A stretch of DNA of 64,000 nt. It comes from Planctomycetota bacterium (GTDB lineage: Bacteria; Planctomycetota; UBA8108; SXIK01). A program made the position numbers and the translations under genes. The stretch lies in assembly GCA_965223265.1 (NCBI GenBank), contig OZ244999.1:8512001-8576000 (forward strand), written 5' to 3'. The notes under the pieces were generated by a model. The model did not search any database. It was not told the origin of the DNA and saw nothing but the letters and a program-made list of their open reading frames with translations. Below, piece after piece: positions 48,898 through 59,032 of the stretch. Each line of letters starts with the position of its first letter. The stretch's first letter is position 1.

Positions 48898-50289
48898 TTA
48901 CTCGGAGTGCGGCGGTAGGGTTGGTGCTTCGACATGATCCGTGGCGGCTTCTCTCGATGCACCCGGTTTTGGATCGTCGAGGGACCGTGGTGGCAGGCAC
49001 CGCTCGAGCGCCATCAGCGCGAACGACGTTCCATAGGGTTGATGATAGTCGTAGAACGGAAAATCCCACCATGAACCATCGGTTTCTTGCCGTTTGAGCA
49101 GGGTCGAAGCGACTCGCTGCTGATAGATGCGTCGCTCCCCGATCGGTAACTGCTCGAGGCTGAGCGCAGCATAGTAGTAGCCATAGTAATAGAAGTAGCC
49201 GGCAACTTGAAACCACGCCTCGTGCGGAATCGGGCGCTTGCGACCGATGTCGAGCCACACGCTACGCGCTAGTAGCCGGTCAAGCCACGATCGCATGACG
49301 TCGCTCGTCACGCTCTCGTCGTCCCACAGGTGCAGGGCGAGGTTGCACGCCTGCGAACGTCCGAGGCTACCACCGGGCCGATTGATCGGATGCATGGGAC
49401 GCCACGTCCAATACGCGCTGTAGAGGTAACTGAAGTCAGGCTTCTTCAAGCGCTGGAGGGAGGCCACGGCGCGGCGCGTCAGCTGTCGCGGCGGTTTGAT
49501 CCCAGCGGCGTCTGCGTTCTTCAAGGCAATCAACGCGGTCGCGGTGGTGAAGCTGGTTGCAGCGCCGGCTGGTTTTTGCATGCCGTAGTGAAAGTCGTAG
49601 TACCCCCAACCGCCGCTGAGATTCTCGAATCTGGAGAGAAACGCGATCTGGCCGCGGAGTAACTCCAGCGCGGTCGATCTCGTCTCTGGGCCGAAGTTCG
49701 ACTGCGCAAGTGTTGAGAGCGCGTCGACCGCGTAGGCGTGAGCCCAGACGTTGTAAATCGCTGCGGGAGTCCCACGTCGGAGGCGAGGCAAGTTCTCCTC
49801 GAGCCACTCGACTCCGCGCTCCACGGCGGCGCGTCCGTCGCGCCTTAGCGCTGCTGCGTCTTCGCCTAACTCGCGTCGGTTAAGCTCCACGAGCGCTTTC
49901 ACCGCAAGCGCGGTCACGGCGGCATGAAAGGATCTGTGGGCACCTGGAACTGGAGCGTAGACGTTGAGACCCTTTGTACGACGTGGGCTACCCCAAGATC
50001 CGTCCTTTCGCTGTGCGTTCAGCAGAAAGTGCGCGCCGCGTACCATACCAGCCGTGGTCATCGCCGGCCAGTCGGCCGCAGCTTCACCACGGCTTGTCGG
50101 CTTGTTGCTCGAGCCGACCATGTCTCCTACCAGAGTTGCATTCGCAGGGTCGGCCGCCTGGTCCAAGATGCCAGTTTCGTCCGGAGCGGCGATGGCGTGC
50201 TCAAGAACGCCCAGTCCGACAAAAACGGTCGCGATCGCCGCGAGCTGCGCCACGACGCGTGGGCGCTCCCGATCTGCGGTGTGCCTCAT
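48898..50289 (-). CDS. Prenyltransferase/squalene-cyclase repeat (alpha-alpha toroid) exported protein
   Basis: LL..Q..DGSW repeats, GGWGYY, YYYY. Confidence 0.8.
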   Translation of the reverse strand: MRHTADRERPRVVAQLAAIATVFVGLGVLEHAIAAPDETGILDQAADPANATLVGDMVGSSNKPTSRGEAAADWPAMTTAGMVRGAHFLLNAQRKDGSWGSPRRTKGLNVYAPVPGAHRSFHAAVTALAVKALVELNRRELGEDAAALRRDGRAAVERGVEWLEENLPRLRRGTPAAIYNVWAHAYAVDALSTLAQSNFGPETRSTALELLRGQIAFLSRFENLSGGWGYYDFHYGMQKPAGAATSFTTATALIALKNADAAGIKPPRQLTRRAVASLQRLKKPDFSYLYSAYWTWRPMHPINRPGGSLGRSQACNLALHLWDDESVTSDVMRSWLDRLLARSVWLDIGRKRPIPHEAWFQVAGYFYYYGYYYAALSLEQLPIGERRIYQQRVASTLLKRQETDGSWWDFPFYDYHQPYGTSFALMALERCLPPRSLDDPKPGASREAATDHVEAPTLPPHSE

Positions 50290-51827
50290 CCCTCACCTTC
50301 GAGCTCGCGGGTGTAGATTTCATCTCCCGCCTCCAGGCCACTGAGAATCTCAGTCTCTTTCTCAAACTGCCTTCCAGCCTTGACGCTTCGCCGGACGCGG
50401 CCTTCTGCCGCCTTCACGTAGACAAAACGCTCTTCACCGTCGAGCGGATCGTTGAAAAGGTATGCGGAGGGAATGGTGACCGCGCTCGGATTTGTGTAAG
50501 CGGTCACATGAACAGCGCAGGTCATACCGGGCATCAGGCCGTCCGCCTCTGCGTCGTGGGGTACGTCGACGGTCGCGACGAACTCGCCCGGGCTGAGCGG
50601 CAGCGTCGACACTTCCCCGACGCGCGATCTGATGCGCTGCTCCGGTCGTGCCGCCGGTACGACCCTGACAGCGTGTCCGGGGCGTACATCACGCAGATCC
50701 TTCTCGTCGACTTTGGCGTGCACCCGCAGCGGCGACGTCGCAACAACGGTCATGAACACGCTGCGCACGTCCAATCTTCCACCCGGGATCAGTTTGGCTC
50801 GTGCGACATTCGCAAGACTCCAATCAGGATTCATCTTGCCGTAATATACAACGCCATCCATCGGCGCACGGACAACGAGAGCCTCTCGGTCACCGCGCAA
50901 TCTTTCGAGTTTTTGCTCGAGCTCGGAGTGGTCTCGCGCCAGTGCGGCCACCTCCAAGCGTGTCTTCTCCAGCCGTGCGGGTAGCGCGACTTCGGCCTTT
51001 TCCAACGCGATCGATTGCTTCGTGAGCAGCGCTTCGAGCTGAATCTGGCGGCGCGGAAGAGTCGACTCGAGTTGCTTGTCCTGGAGGACGCGCATTTTCT
51101 CGACTCCGAACATTGCGTCGTTGACGGCGTCTCGCTGGCGCCTGACGATGATTTCCTCTGTCTCTTCCGTCAAGTCATCCGCCTGATACATCTTTTCAAG
51201 CTGACGCAGTTCTTCTTTCTGATAAGCCAGATAGTTGTCAGCTCGTTTGACCTGGAATCGCGCCTCCTGTTCTGCGAAGGGACGCGCGGCGCGCTCGAAT
51301 CGACGGAGATCCTCCTCGCTGTGGCGTTTTTGCAGTCGCAAGTCGGCGACTTCAAGCGGCGCGAGCTTCTCCAGGGTCCGCGTTTCGAGCTTTTTCTCCT
51401 CGAGGCTGATCTGGCTGCGCGCGACCTGGGCTTCCAAACGGTGGATTTCCCGGTCGATCCGGTCGGTCTCGCAGCGAACCAGGACTTCGTCCCGGCGAAC
51501 GCTTTCGCCGTGTGCGATCGCCTCGACGACGATCAACTCCTTCCACTCTTCCGTCTCCAGCTGCACCGGCGCGGTCTTGGTGGACTGGAACGTTCCGCTC
51601 AGCGTTACCTTGACCTGAACAGGTTTGCTGCGGACAGTGTGCGTCTCGGGTTCGGGCTTTGCGTCCTCGCCTGAGCCTGAAGGTTCGGTGCCCGGCGTCT
51701 CTTGACGACTCAGCTCGTTCGGCGGCGCTTGCTCGCGGCCGCTTGATTGTTCAGCGGCCGCCAGCCCGGTCACGGCCACCCCGAGGATCCACGCTGCTAC
51801 GAGCGGCACGATGCATTCTCGGAACAT
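50286..51827 (-). CDS. HlyD/RND-type periplasmic adaptor with a long coiled coil
   Basis: Signal peptide; G..V..D.VL, coiled coil, RAPMDG.V.Y, PGMT, ILSGL..GD. Confidence 0.85.
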   Translation of the reverse strand: MFRECIVPLVAAWILGVAVTGLAAAEQSSGREQAPPNELSRQETPGTEPSGSGEDAKPEPETHTVRSKPVQVKVTLSGTFQSTKTAPVQLETEEWKELIVVEAIAHGESVRRDEVLVRCETDRIDREIHRLEAQVARSQISLEEKKLETRTLEKLAPLEVADLRLQKRHSEEDLRRFERAARPFAEQEARFQVKRADNYLAYQKEELRQLEKMYQADDLTEETEEIIVRRQRDAVNDAMFGVEKMRVLQDKQLESTLPRRQIQLEALLTKQSIALEKAEVALPARLEKTRLEVAALARDHSELEQKLERLRGDREALVVRAPMDGVVYYGKMNPDWSLANVARAKLIPGGRLDVRSVFMTVVATSPLRVHAKVDEKDLRDVRPGHAVRVVPAARPEQRIRSRVGEVSTLPLSPGEFVATVDVPHDAEADGLMPGMTCAVHVTAYTNPSAVTIPSAYLFNDPLDGEERFVYVKAAEGRVRRSVKAGRQFEKETEILSGLEAGDEIYTRELEGEG

Positions 51828-52114
51828 GCAGCGACGACGAAGATGAAATTGAGTATGAAGTCTGTCGTGGTCACGACCGCTGTAACGTATAGGGAAATGC
51901 ATGTGGGAACGAACTCCTGGGCGATGACCGTTGCTCTCAGCGTCGACAACAGGTTTTATCGACGTCCTTTCCGAATCGCCGCAGGCAATGAACGGAAATT
52001 AGCCGACTCTCTCACGCGGTCTGGACCGTTTGGCGCTTATCGACGAAAATGCTAGACGACGCGGACCGCGGACCTGTCCGTCCTTGAGAATTTTGCAGGC
52101 CTCTCTACGAACCG

Positions 52115-53986
52115 ATGAACGAACATCTTTCCGGTCTGGCCCTGGTGATCTTGCTCGGAATCTCGGCGCAGTGGCTTGCGTGGCGACTCCGCCTCCCCTC
52201 CATCTTGCTGCTGCTGCTCTTTGGATTCGCAGCCGGTCCACTCGCTGGGATAGTCGATCCTGATCTAAGGCTAATCGATCCCGATAAGATCTTCGGCGAA
52301 CTTCTCTTTCCGATCGTCTCGGTCTCGGTGGCGATCATTCTTTTCGAGGGAGGTTTGAGCCTGAGATTCGCCGAGCTCGAGCGTCTTGGCGGTGTCGTTC
52401 GCAACCTGGTGACGGTCGGCGCGCTCGTGAGCTGGGGACTGACCGCCGTCGCGGCGCGTTGGTGCATCTTCGACTCGTGGGATCTCTCTTTGCTCCTTGG
52501 TGCCATTCTCGTGGTGACCGGGCCGACGGTGATCGTACCTCTCCTCAGACACGTCCGTCCTTCCCGGCGCGTTGGTTCGGTGCTCCGCTGGGAAGGCATT
52601 GTGATCGACCCGATCGGTGCTGTCCTCGCCGTCCTCGTCTTCGAAACGATCCAACAGGGCGAAGCCGGCACGGCGCATGCCGTGGTCGCCTTCCTCACGT
52701 CTGTGGCAGTCGGTCTGATCGGCGGAATCCTCGGCGCTGGATTTTTCTACATCATGGTTCGGCGGCACTTGCTTCCGGATTTCCTTCAAAACCCCGTGTC
52801 CTTGATGGTAGTGGTCGGGATTTTTGCCGTCTCGAATCAGATTCAGGAGGAATCTGGTCTTTTCAGCGTCACCGTGATGGGAATCGTTCTGGCCAATCAG
52901 CGTTCGTTCGCGGTGAAGCATATCCTCGAGTTTAAGGAGAACCTTCGCGTCCTGCTGATCTCGTGCTTGTTCGTCTTGCTCGCCGCAAGACTCGATCTCG
53001 AGCTGCTGCGTGAAACGGATGCATGGACCGTCCTCTTCGTCTTGCTACTTGTGGTGGTGGTGCGCCCGGTCACGGTTCTAGTGTCGACTTATCGATCCCA
53101 GCTGACGCGGCGGGAGCGCGCCTTTCTCGCCGCGATGGCGCCGCGCGGCATCGTCGCCGCCGCGGTGGCGTCCGTCTTCGCGATCCATCTCGTCGAGGGC
53201 GGACGGGAGGAAGCGGAAAAACTTGTGACGGTTGTTTTCTTCGTCATCGTCGGCACTGTCATGCTGTATGGCTTGACCGCAGTCCCAGTAGCGCGTGCTC
53301 TCGAGCTGGCTCGACCTAACCCACAGGGCGTTTTGATCGTCGGCGCGCACTCATGGGCGCGAGCGCTTGGAAAGATCCTTCGCGATGAAGGGTTCGACAT
53401 TGTGCTCGTCGACACCAACTGGAACAACCTGCGCGCAGCGCGCATGATGGAGATGCCGATTTACTACGGCAGCTCACTCACCGAGATCGCGCACGAGGAA
53501 ATCAGCCTCGAGGGGTTGGGGCGCCTCCTTGCGTTGACGTCAGACGACTTGGAAAACTCGCTCGCGGCGCTGCACTATGCAGAGGTGTTCGGCCGCACTG
53601 GAGTCTTTCAGCTGTCGCCGGAATCGGCGGACGACGAGCGTATGGAAGTGCCGAAGCATCTGCGCGGCAGCTACTTGTTCGGCAAGGGGATGTCGTTCGC
53701 CGAAATCGAGCACCGCTGGGAGACCGGCGCACGGTTTAAGAAGACGAAGCTCTCGGCGGAATTCGACTACGAGGCCTACAAGAAGATGTACGGCGAATCC
53801 GCGGTCACGTTCTTCGTCATCGACGAGAAGCAGAAGCTGCAGGTCATGACAACAGCGACGACGGTTTCGCCGACTGCCGGTCAAACCATCGTCGGGCTTG
53901 TGTACGGTGAAGAGGACCCGGAGGGGGTGCCGGTCGCGAGCCAGTCGGCAGATCAGAGCGGCCCGGAACTAACCGCAGGCGCGTAG
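52115..53986 (+). CDS. NhaP-type cation:proton antiporter with C-terminal NAD-binding (TrkA-N-like) domain
   Basis: ILFEGG, VTGPTV, WEGI..DP.G, PRGIVAAA, many TM helices, IVGA Rossmann motif. Confidence 0.92.
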   Translation: MNEHLSGLALVILLGISAQWLAWRLRLPSILLLLLFGFAAGPLAGIVDPDLRLIDPDKIFGELLFPIVSVSVAIILFEGGLSLRFAELERLGGVVRNLVTVGALVSWGLTAVAARWCIFDSWDLSLLLGAILVVTGPTVIVPLLRHVRPSRRVGSVLRWEGIVIDPIGAVLAVLVFETIQQGEAGTAHAVVAFLTSVAVGLIGGILGAGFFYIMVRRHLLPDFLQNPVSLMVVVGIFAVSNQIQEESGLFSVTVMGIVLANQRSFAVKHILEFKENLRVLLISCLFVLLAARLDLELLRETDAWTVLFVLLLVVVVRPVTVLVSTYRSQLTRRERAFLAAMAPRGIVAAAVASVFAIHLVEGGREEAEKLVTVVFFVIVGTVMLYGLTAVPVARALELARPNPQGVLIVGAHSWARALGKILRDEGFDIVLVDTNWNNLRAARMMEMPIYYGSSLTEIAHEEISLEGLGRLLALTSDDLENSLAALHYAEVFGRTGVFQLSPESADDERMEVPKHLRGSYLFGKGMSFAEIEHRWETGARFKKTKLSAEFDYEAYKKMYGESAVTFFVIDEKQKLQVMTTATTVSPTAGQTIVGLVYGEEDPEGVPVASQSADQSGPELTAGA

Positions 53987-54270
53987 GTTGCTCGTTGCTT
54001 CGGGCGTTGCCGACGGTGAGTCACGTCGGGAGGCAGAGGCGGAAGCAGAGGCAGAGACGGAGTGCTGGTACTCCCGCGCCCACGCCCACGCCCACGCGCA
54101 TGGCCTGGGTCGCTTTTCTTTTTCAACAATGGGGTCGTAGTGTGTCAGACCGGACGACACACGACGTTGCCTGCTCCTTTGGACGGTCTTGCTTCGTTGA
54201 CTTGGCTTCGTTCTGTTCGATTCTTGTTCTGATCTCTTTGAATCTTGAGAAGCGGCAGGCGCTCGAGGAT

Positions 54271-54432
54271 CCACGCCCACGCCCACGCCCACGCCCACGC
54301 CCACGCCCACGCCCACGCCCACGCCCACGCCCACGCCCACGCCCACGCCCACGCCCACGCCCACGCCCACGCCCACGCCCACGCCCACGCCCACGCCCAC
54401 GCCCACGCAAACGCAAACGCAAACGCAAACGC
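54271..54432. repeat. Hexamer tandem array (CCACGC)23(AAACGC)4
   Basis: Read directly; a short related run lies at about 54079-54097. Confidence 0.95.
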
Positions 54433-54531
54433 AAACCCGCGCCGGTCGCGAAACGAGCCCAAAACGACGCCCGGACGTCGACGTCAGTTACGACGGTGCA
54501 TCCAACTCTGAGCTCTGCCGCGCGGCGGTCA

Positions 54532-54576
54532 AAGAAAATGCCAGATGCCAACCCCGTCTCGGGGGTCGACACCTGG
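54532..54576 (-). terminator. Probable terminator of the dockerin-protein gene
   Basis: Minus strand stem CCAGGTGTCGACCCC/GGGGTTGGCATCTGG followed by CATTTTCTTT. Confidence 0.6.
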
Positions 54577-54660
54577 CCGTCTGGGGCAAGACTAAGTGCG
54601 TCCGTCGACGCCCGCCGCGTGGTGCGGGGGCGTCGACATCGGCTTGTGGCTCCTTAACCT

Positions 54661-57600
54661 CTAGTTTGCGGCGTCTGCGGCTGGCAGCAGCGCGGGGCAG
54701 AACGAGAGAGCGCAGCCAAGAGGTGCTGGTCTTGTGCCACAGAAGGGGTATGGAGCGGGAGGAGGTGGTCCTTTGTCGAAGAGGAACTGGAGGGTGTAAA
54801 TCGGGTCGGCGATATCAACGGCTTCGCTACCGTTGGAGTCGGTTGCCTCCACGCAAGTTGGATCCTCGACGTTACCGACGAAGAGCCAGTTGAGGGTGTA
54901 GATCGGATCGCTGACGTCGACGATGGTGTCGACGTTCGCGTCGCCACGAATGAACCCGGGCTCCAATGCGATGCGGAAGATGACCGAGCCGCCCATCGTC
55001 TCGGGTCGTACGCCGAAACCGCCGACGACGTAAAGAACGTCGATGGCAGGATCACCGAGCGTGTCGCAATAGGTCACTGGATACCGTACTCCCGGAATCG
55101 CGTCCGGACCCTGGGCGTACTGAACGTTCAGGAGGCGGTGAGCCGAGCCGACAGGCAAAGTGTCTGTGCCGTCGAGAGTGTCGACGACCGCCGCCATCGT
55201 CACACCACGCTCGCTGATGCGAATCTCAAGGAACGTCGGTCCGGAGCCACCATTGAGCAGCGCGGTGTCCGTGCCGTCGATGTTGGCGTCTTCTGGGATC
55301 AGAACGGAAGAGTCGGAGCAAACGCCGAACGACCAACCTTGAAGCGGCCGGGAATTGCTCGCCATACAGATGACACGACCGGAGCCTGTGATGGCCACCA
55401 CGTCGGAGTTTTCATCGACGATCGCGGTGTCCGCATTGGGTATCGGGTCAAAGAGTAGGCTTGAGAAGAAGAGCACGTCGGGCGGAGGCGGCCCGTCGAT
55501 GACGACGCGACACTCTTCGATGCGACTTCGTCGTCCCCCATGGACGCCGGCGACACCGTACTCGTAGACGCCAGGCTCGAGACCGCCGTCTTTGAACAGG
55601 TTCGAGTCTCCGCCCAGCGTCGCGATCAAGTCACCGAATCGGAAGATGAGGATCGAATCGTAGTCGATCGGGTTCTCCCAGCGCAGGACTGCTGTCGGTC
55701 CGGCCGCATCCGTGATCACAGCGAAACACCGCAGTGATTCGACAGGGGGCACGGGGTTTGGTGGCACGTCGACGTCACAGCAGGTTCGCGGACTCGTACT
55801 CAGGATACCGACACCGAATACACAGTACGTGTGGCCGCCGCGATCGGGGCCGATGTCGCGGTAGACCATGGCGTCGCCCGGAAGCGTCGCGATCGGAATT
55901 CCGTCGCGCTCAACGACGATGCCGCGATAGAGGAATGGGTTCTCCCAGGTCAACTTCACAACCGGAATCGAGGGAATGTCAGTGCCTTCTGGCGCCGCCG
56001 GGAGTATCTCGTTGACCTCACAGCGCAGGTTTTTCGGCGGTGGCAAGAACGGCGGCGGCACCTCTACGATGCACGTCGCAGGTTCGCTCTCGCGATTCAG
56101 GACGACGCCGAAAACCGAGTAGAGCACCTTGCCCGAACCTGCAGGGGGAAAGTCGATATGACTGGTCGTGTCGCCCGGCAGGGTCGCGAGTAGCATCTTG
56201 TTTCGCGTGATGATGATCTTGTCGTAACGGACGGGGTTCCACCAGCTGAGATGCACTGCCAGGGACGCGAAAACGTCGACGACAACGTCGCCGATCGCCA
56301 CGGCGTCACCGTCCGCACTGATTGCTCCGAAGTCAGCGAGATCAACGGGTTCGACAGGGTCAATTGGGACCGGACCCCCGATCACCGCGCAGCGAAGATC
56401 GCGCGGCGGTGGTACGACGCCGACGGGAACCTTCACGTCACAGATTGCCGCCTCACTTCGTCGTAATCCGACGACGCCGAAGACGCGGTATTCGTTGTGT
56501 CCCGCCGGTGGATTGAAATCGCTGTAGCTCGTGGCGTTGCCCGCAATCTTGGCGATCGGCGAGCCGTTTCGTACCACGACGATCCATTCGTAAGCTTGAC
56601 CGTTTTCCCAGTTCAGACGCACGAATCCATCGACGATGTCAGCGAGATCATCGGCTGCGGTCTTGCCGATGAACTCACAGCTGAGATTTGATGGTGGCAG
56701 GATCGGCGGACGCGGCAGTTGGACGATGCACTTTGCAGGTGCGCTGATCTGATCGCCGACGACTCCAGAGACGCTGTAGACGTGTTCTCCGGCCGGCACG
56801 TTTCGATCAACGAAGTAGAACTGGTCTCCTGGAATACGTGCGATCACGGCATCGTTACGTGCAATCACGACGTGGTCATACTCGACAGGCTTCTGCCAAA
56901 CGAGCAGCACGTCGTGCGGACCCACGAGGCTTAGGTCATCGAGCGCCACGTCTGGGGCGTTGAGGTCGACGCACGTGAGCTCTTGCGGTGGGGGAACCTC
57001 TCCACCCGGAACGACGACCTTGCATTCACCGACCGGGAAGAGAAAGTCTGGGGGTAGCGACGCCAGTTCGTCGTCAGGCGCCTCGAGCACGATTCCTGAA
57101 ACCATGAATACCTGGTAGTGGTGTTCTCCAGGTCCAGGTCTGTCGACATAGCTGAGCTCAAGGGTTCTCGCAACGTTGACGCCATCGCGAACGACGAGAA
57201 AGAACGAGAACGCGATGCGCGGTAGAGGCACTCGAGACCAGTCGATCAGCACATTCGGTGCGTCCACCTTGCACACAAAGCCATCGCCAGCGACCACCAC
57301 CGTACATGCTCCGACGAGGAACTCACTGTCCTCAGAGACGACACCGTGGACCGTGTAGCGATGGGTGCCAGCTGGCACGTTCTCATCTGTATAGGAACCG
57401 AATTCTCCCTGCGGAACCCTCGCGATGGGAACGCCATCGCGACGTACGAGAAAGTGATCGAACGCGATGTCGATGAGGATGGGACCCCACTTGAGATCGA
57501 CGGTCGAACCGCTCACGGCACACTCGACACCGAAGTCACCCACGATGGCGCAGCAGCGTCCGATGCTGAAGATGTTGCCGTCGAAGTTGATCGCTTGGAG

Positions 57601-57852
57601 TTCGTAGAAATGCTGGCCGTCGCTGACGCCGCTGTCGAGATAACTGTTGGCTTCCGGCGGCAGGTCGGCGATGGCAATGCCGTCGCGCGACACGACCCAA
57701 CCCAAAATCGGGGCGACGAAGACGATGTTCCAGCTCAGCGTGACGTCCTCGCCACGGACGCTACATTTGAGACTCTCGCTGTCTGAGCCGAACGCCGCGC
57801 CAGGCGAGTTCCAGACGATGAGTCCGGCGAGTAGCAGCGTTGTTGTTCGCAT
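54661..57852 (-). CDS. Secreted scaffold-like protein: about 8 Cys-flanked FN3-like repeats, cohesin-like domain and C-terminal dockerin
   Basis: SD AGGAGG and signal peptide; repeats L.C...V.L.W.N...Y..I...R.G..IA.LPG...Y.D; LQGWSFGV module; FIRGDAN.D..VD.SD...D.NG...VDIAD. Confidence 0.85.
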   Translation of the reverse strand: MRTTTLLLAGLIVWNSPGAAFGSDSESLKCSVRGEDVTLSWNIVFVAPILGWVVSRDGIAIADLPPEANSYLDSGVSDGQHFYELQAINFDGNIFSIGRCCAIVGDFGVECAVSGSTVDLKWGPILIDIAFDHFLVRRDGVPIARVPQGEFGSYTDENVPAGTHRYTVHGVVSEDSEFLVGACTVVVAGDGFVCKVDAPNVLIDWSRVPLPRIAFSFFLVVRDGVNVARTLELSYVDRPGPGEHHYQVFMVSGIVLEAPDDELASLPPDFLFPVGECKVVVPGGEVPPPQELTCVDLNAPDVALDDLSLVGPHDVLLVWQKPVEYDHVVIARNDAVIARIPGDQFYFVDRNVPAGEHVYSVSGVVGDQISAPAKCIVQLPRPPILPPSNLSCEFIGKTAADDLADIVDGFVRLNWENGQAYEWIVVVRNGSPIAKIAGNATSYSDFNPPAGHNEYRVFGVVGLRRSEAAICDVKVPVGVVPPPRDLRCAVIGGPVPIDPVEPVDLADFGAISADGDAVAIGDVVVDVFASLAVHLSWWNPVRYDKIIITRNKMLLATLPGDTTSHIDFPPAGSGKVLYSVFGVVLNRESEPATCIVEVPPPFLPPPKNLRCEVNEILPAAPEGTDIPSIPVVKLTWENPFLYRGIVVERDGIPIATLPGDAMVYRDIGPDRGGHTYCVFGVGILSTSPRTCCDVDVPPNPVPPVESLRCFAVITDAAGPTAVLRWENPIDYDSILIFRFGDLIATLGGDSNLFKDGGLEPGVYEYGVAGVHGGRRSRIEECRVVIDGPPPPDVLFFSSLLFDPIPNADTAIVDENSDVVAITGSGRVICMASNSRPLQGWSFGVCSDSSVLIPEDANIDGTDTALLNGGSGPTFLEIRISERGVTMAAVVDTLDGTDTLPVGSAHRLLNVQYAQGPDAIPGVRYPVTYCDTLGDPAIDVLYVVGGFGVRPETMGGSVIFRIALEPGFIRGDANVDTIVDVSDPIYTLNWLFVGNVEDPTCVEATDSNGSEAVDIADPIYTLQFLFDKGPPPPAPYPFCGTRPAPLGCALSFCPALLPAADAAN

Positions 57853-57905
57853 CTCCAATCCTCCTTGGCGTGTAGGCAGACACAGAAGCCCGGGCGAAGC
57901 TTGAA

Positions 57906-57921
57906 CGCAAACCGCGCGCCA
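57906..57921 (-). promoter_or_regulatory. Putative sigma54 promoter for the dockerin-protein gene
   Basis: Minus strand TGGCGCGCGGTTTGCG; palindrome TGTCC-N7-GGACA at 58057-58073. Confidence 0.55.
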
Positions 57922-58636
57922 TTGATGCGAAAGATTCTTTAACTCGTTTTGACGCTGCAGGTTGCGGTTCGAGCGTCGGCTCGATGTAAAGCTGGCTTCG
58001 CATCGGTCGCCTGCCGATTGACGCCTGGCGTCTTTCGCGGACGGGACGGACGGCGGTGTCCCACGTTTGGACAACTGCAATACCGACCTACCCCCCCGGC
58101 GCCACTCCCGGAGTTACGGCGACCCCGGGACCTGGGCGCAACCTAACCCGCCCAGCGCGGGCGCTTTGCGGTCCGAGTGTGGATTATTTTCGCGCTCCAC
58201 GTGCGCGCTGGGCACATTTCTTCCTACTCTCCCGGGTAGTCAACGCGAGTTGACGATCTCAACAAGCCCTACACTCCCCTTTCTCAAAGCGCCGGACTCA
58301 CGCAAAAACGCACGCTGAAGCCTTCCACGGCTTCTCCGAACGCAGCCAATCACCGAGAGCACGTGTCCACCGGTTTCCCGCCCGTACACACTGATCTCGA
58401 GTGAACCCAATCGCCTCCCTCCCTACCCAACGCGATTGGGTCTCAGCTCTACGACCCGACACACCCTTCCTCCCCTACGACGTGAGTCCGGCCTCTCTCT
58501 TCCCCGCCGCCTGAAAAGTGGCGAGCAAGAACGGCGAAGAGTGCGACAGCAGCGGTTCAAGCGTGGCGCACGGCACGCTAGTCGCCGAGCCGAACGAGTT
58601 TCTTGCCGCGAGGTTTGTCGTCGTTGGAGTCTTCTC

Positions 58637-58951
58637 TCAGGTCGCGTTGCCGACGATCAGAGCCGCGGCGACGATGACACTGACGAGGAGCAGAACGCCG
58701 GACGGCATGAATTTCTTGGTCTTGGCAAGCCGCAGGGCAAACACGCAGGAGAGAAGGATCGAGATACCAGCGCCGACCCAGACGCCGGCGGTCAGGTCGG
58801 ACCACGTGAGAGCCAGCGCTACGAGAATCAACACGGCGCTCGCCACTCCCGCGATCAACGACGGTTTCGATTGCGCCTTAGTGTATCCAGCGACGCCGCC
58901 ACCGGCCATGAGTATCGCGTAGAGGAGTAGTACAGATTGCATCCAGTGCAT
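58637..58951 (-). CDS. TMEM14 family membrane protein
   Basis: YAILMAGGG..GY.KA.S..SL.AG...R...T.KFMP.G. Confidence 0.88.
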   Translation of the reverse strand: MHWMQSVLLLYAILMAGGGVAGYTKAQSKPSLIAGVASAVLILVALALTWSDLTAGVWVGAGISILLSCVFALRLAKTKKFMPSGVLLLVSVIVAAALIVGNAT

Positions 58952-59032
58952 GGCACGTCGGTTCCGGTGGAGTTCCTGTCTTGTAGACACCGCATCGAGA
59001 CGGCAGCGCGACGCGAAAGCCGGGTCGCATGA

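Noticed and set aside
54271-54432. CRISPR array
   Set aside because: Simple tandem repeat with no spacers and no cas genes
53969-54657. ORFs encoding poly-PR, poly-GV, poly-AW, poly-HA or poly-GR dipeptides
   Set aside because: By-products of the hexamer array, which has no stops; no SD or coding signal
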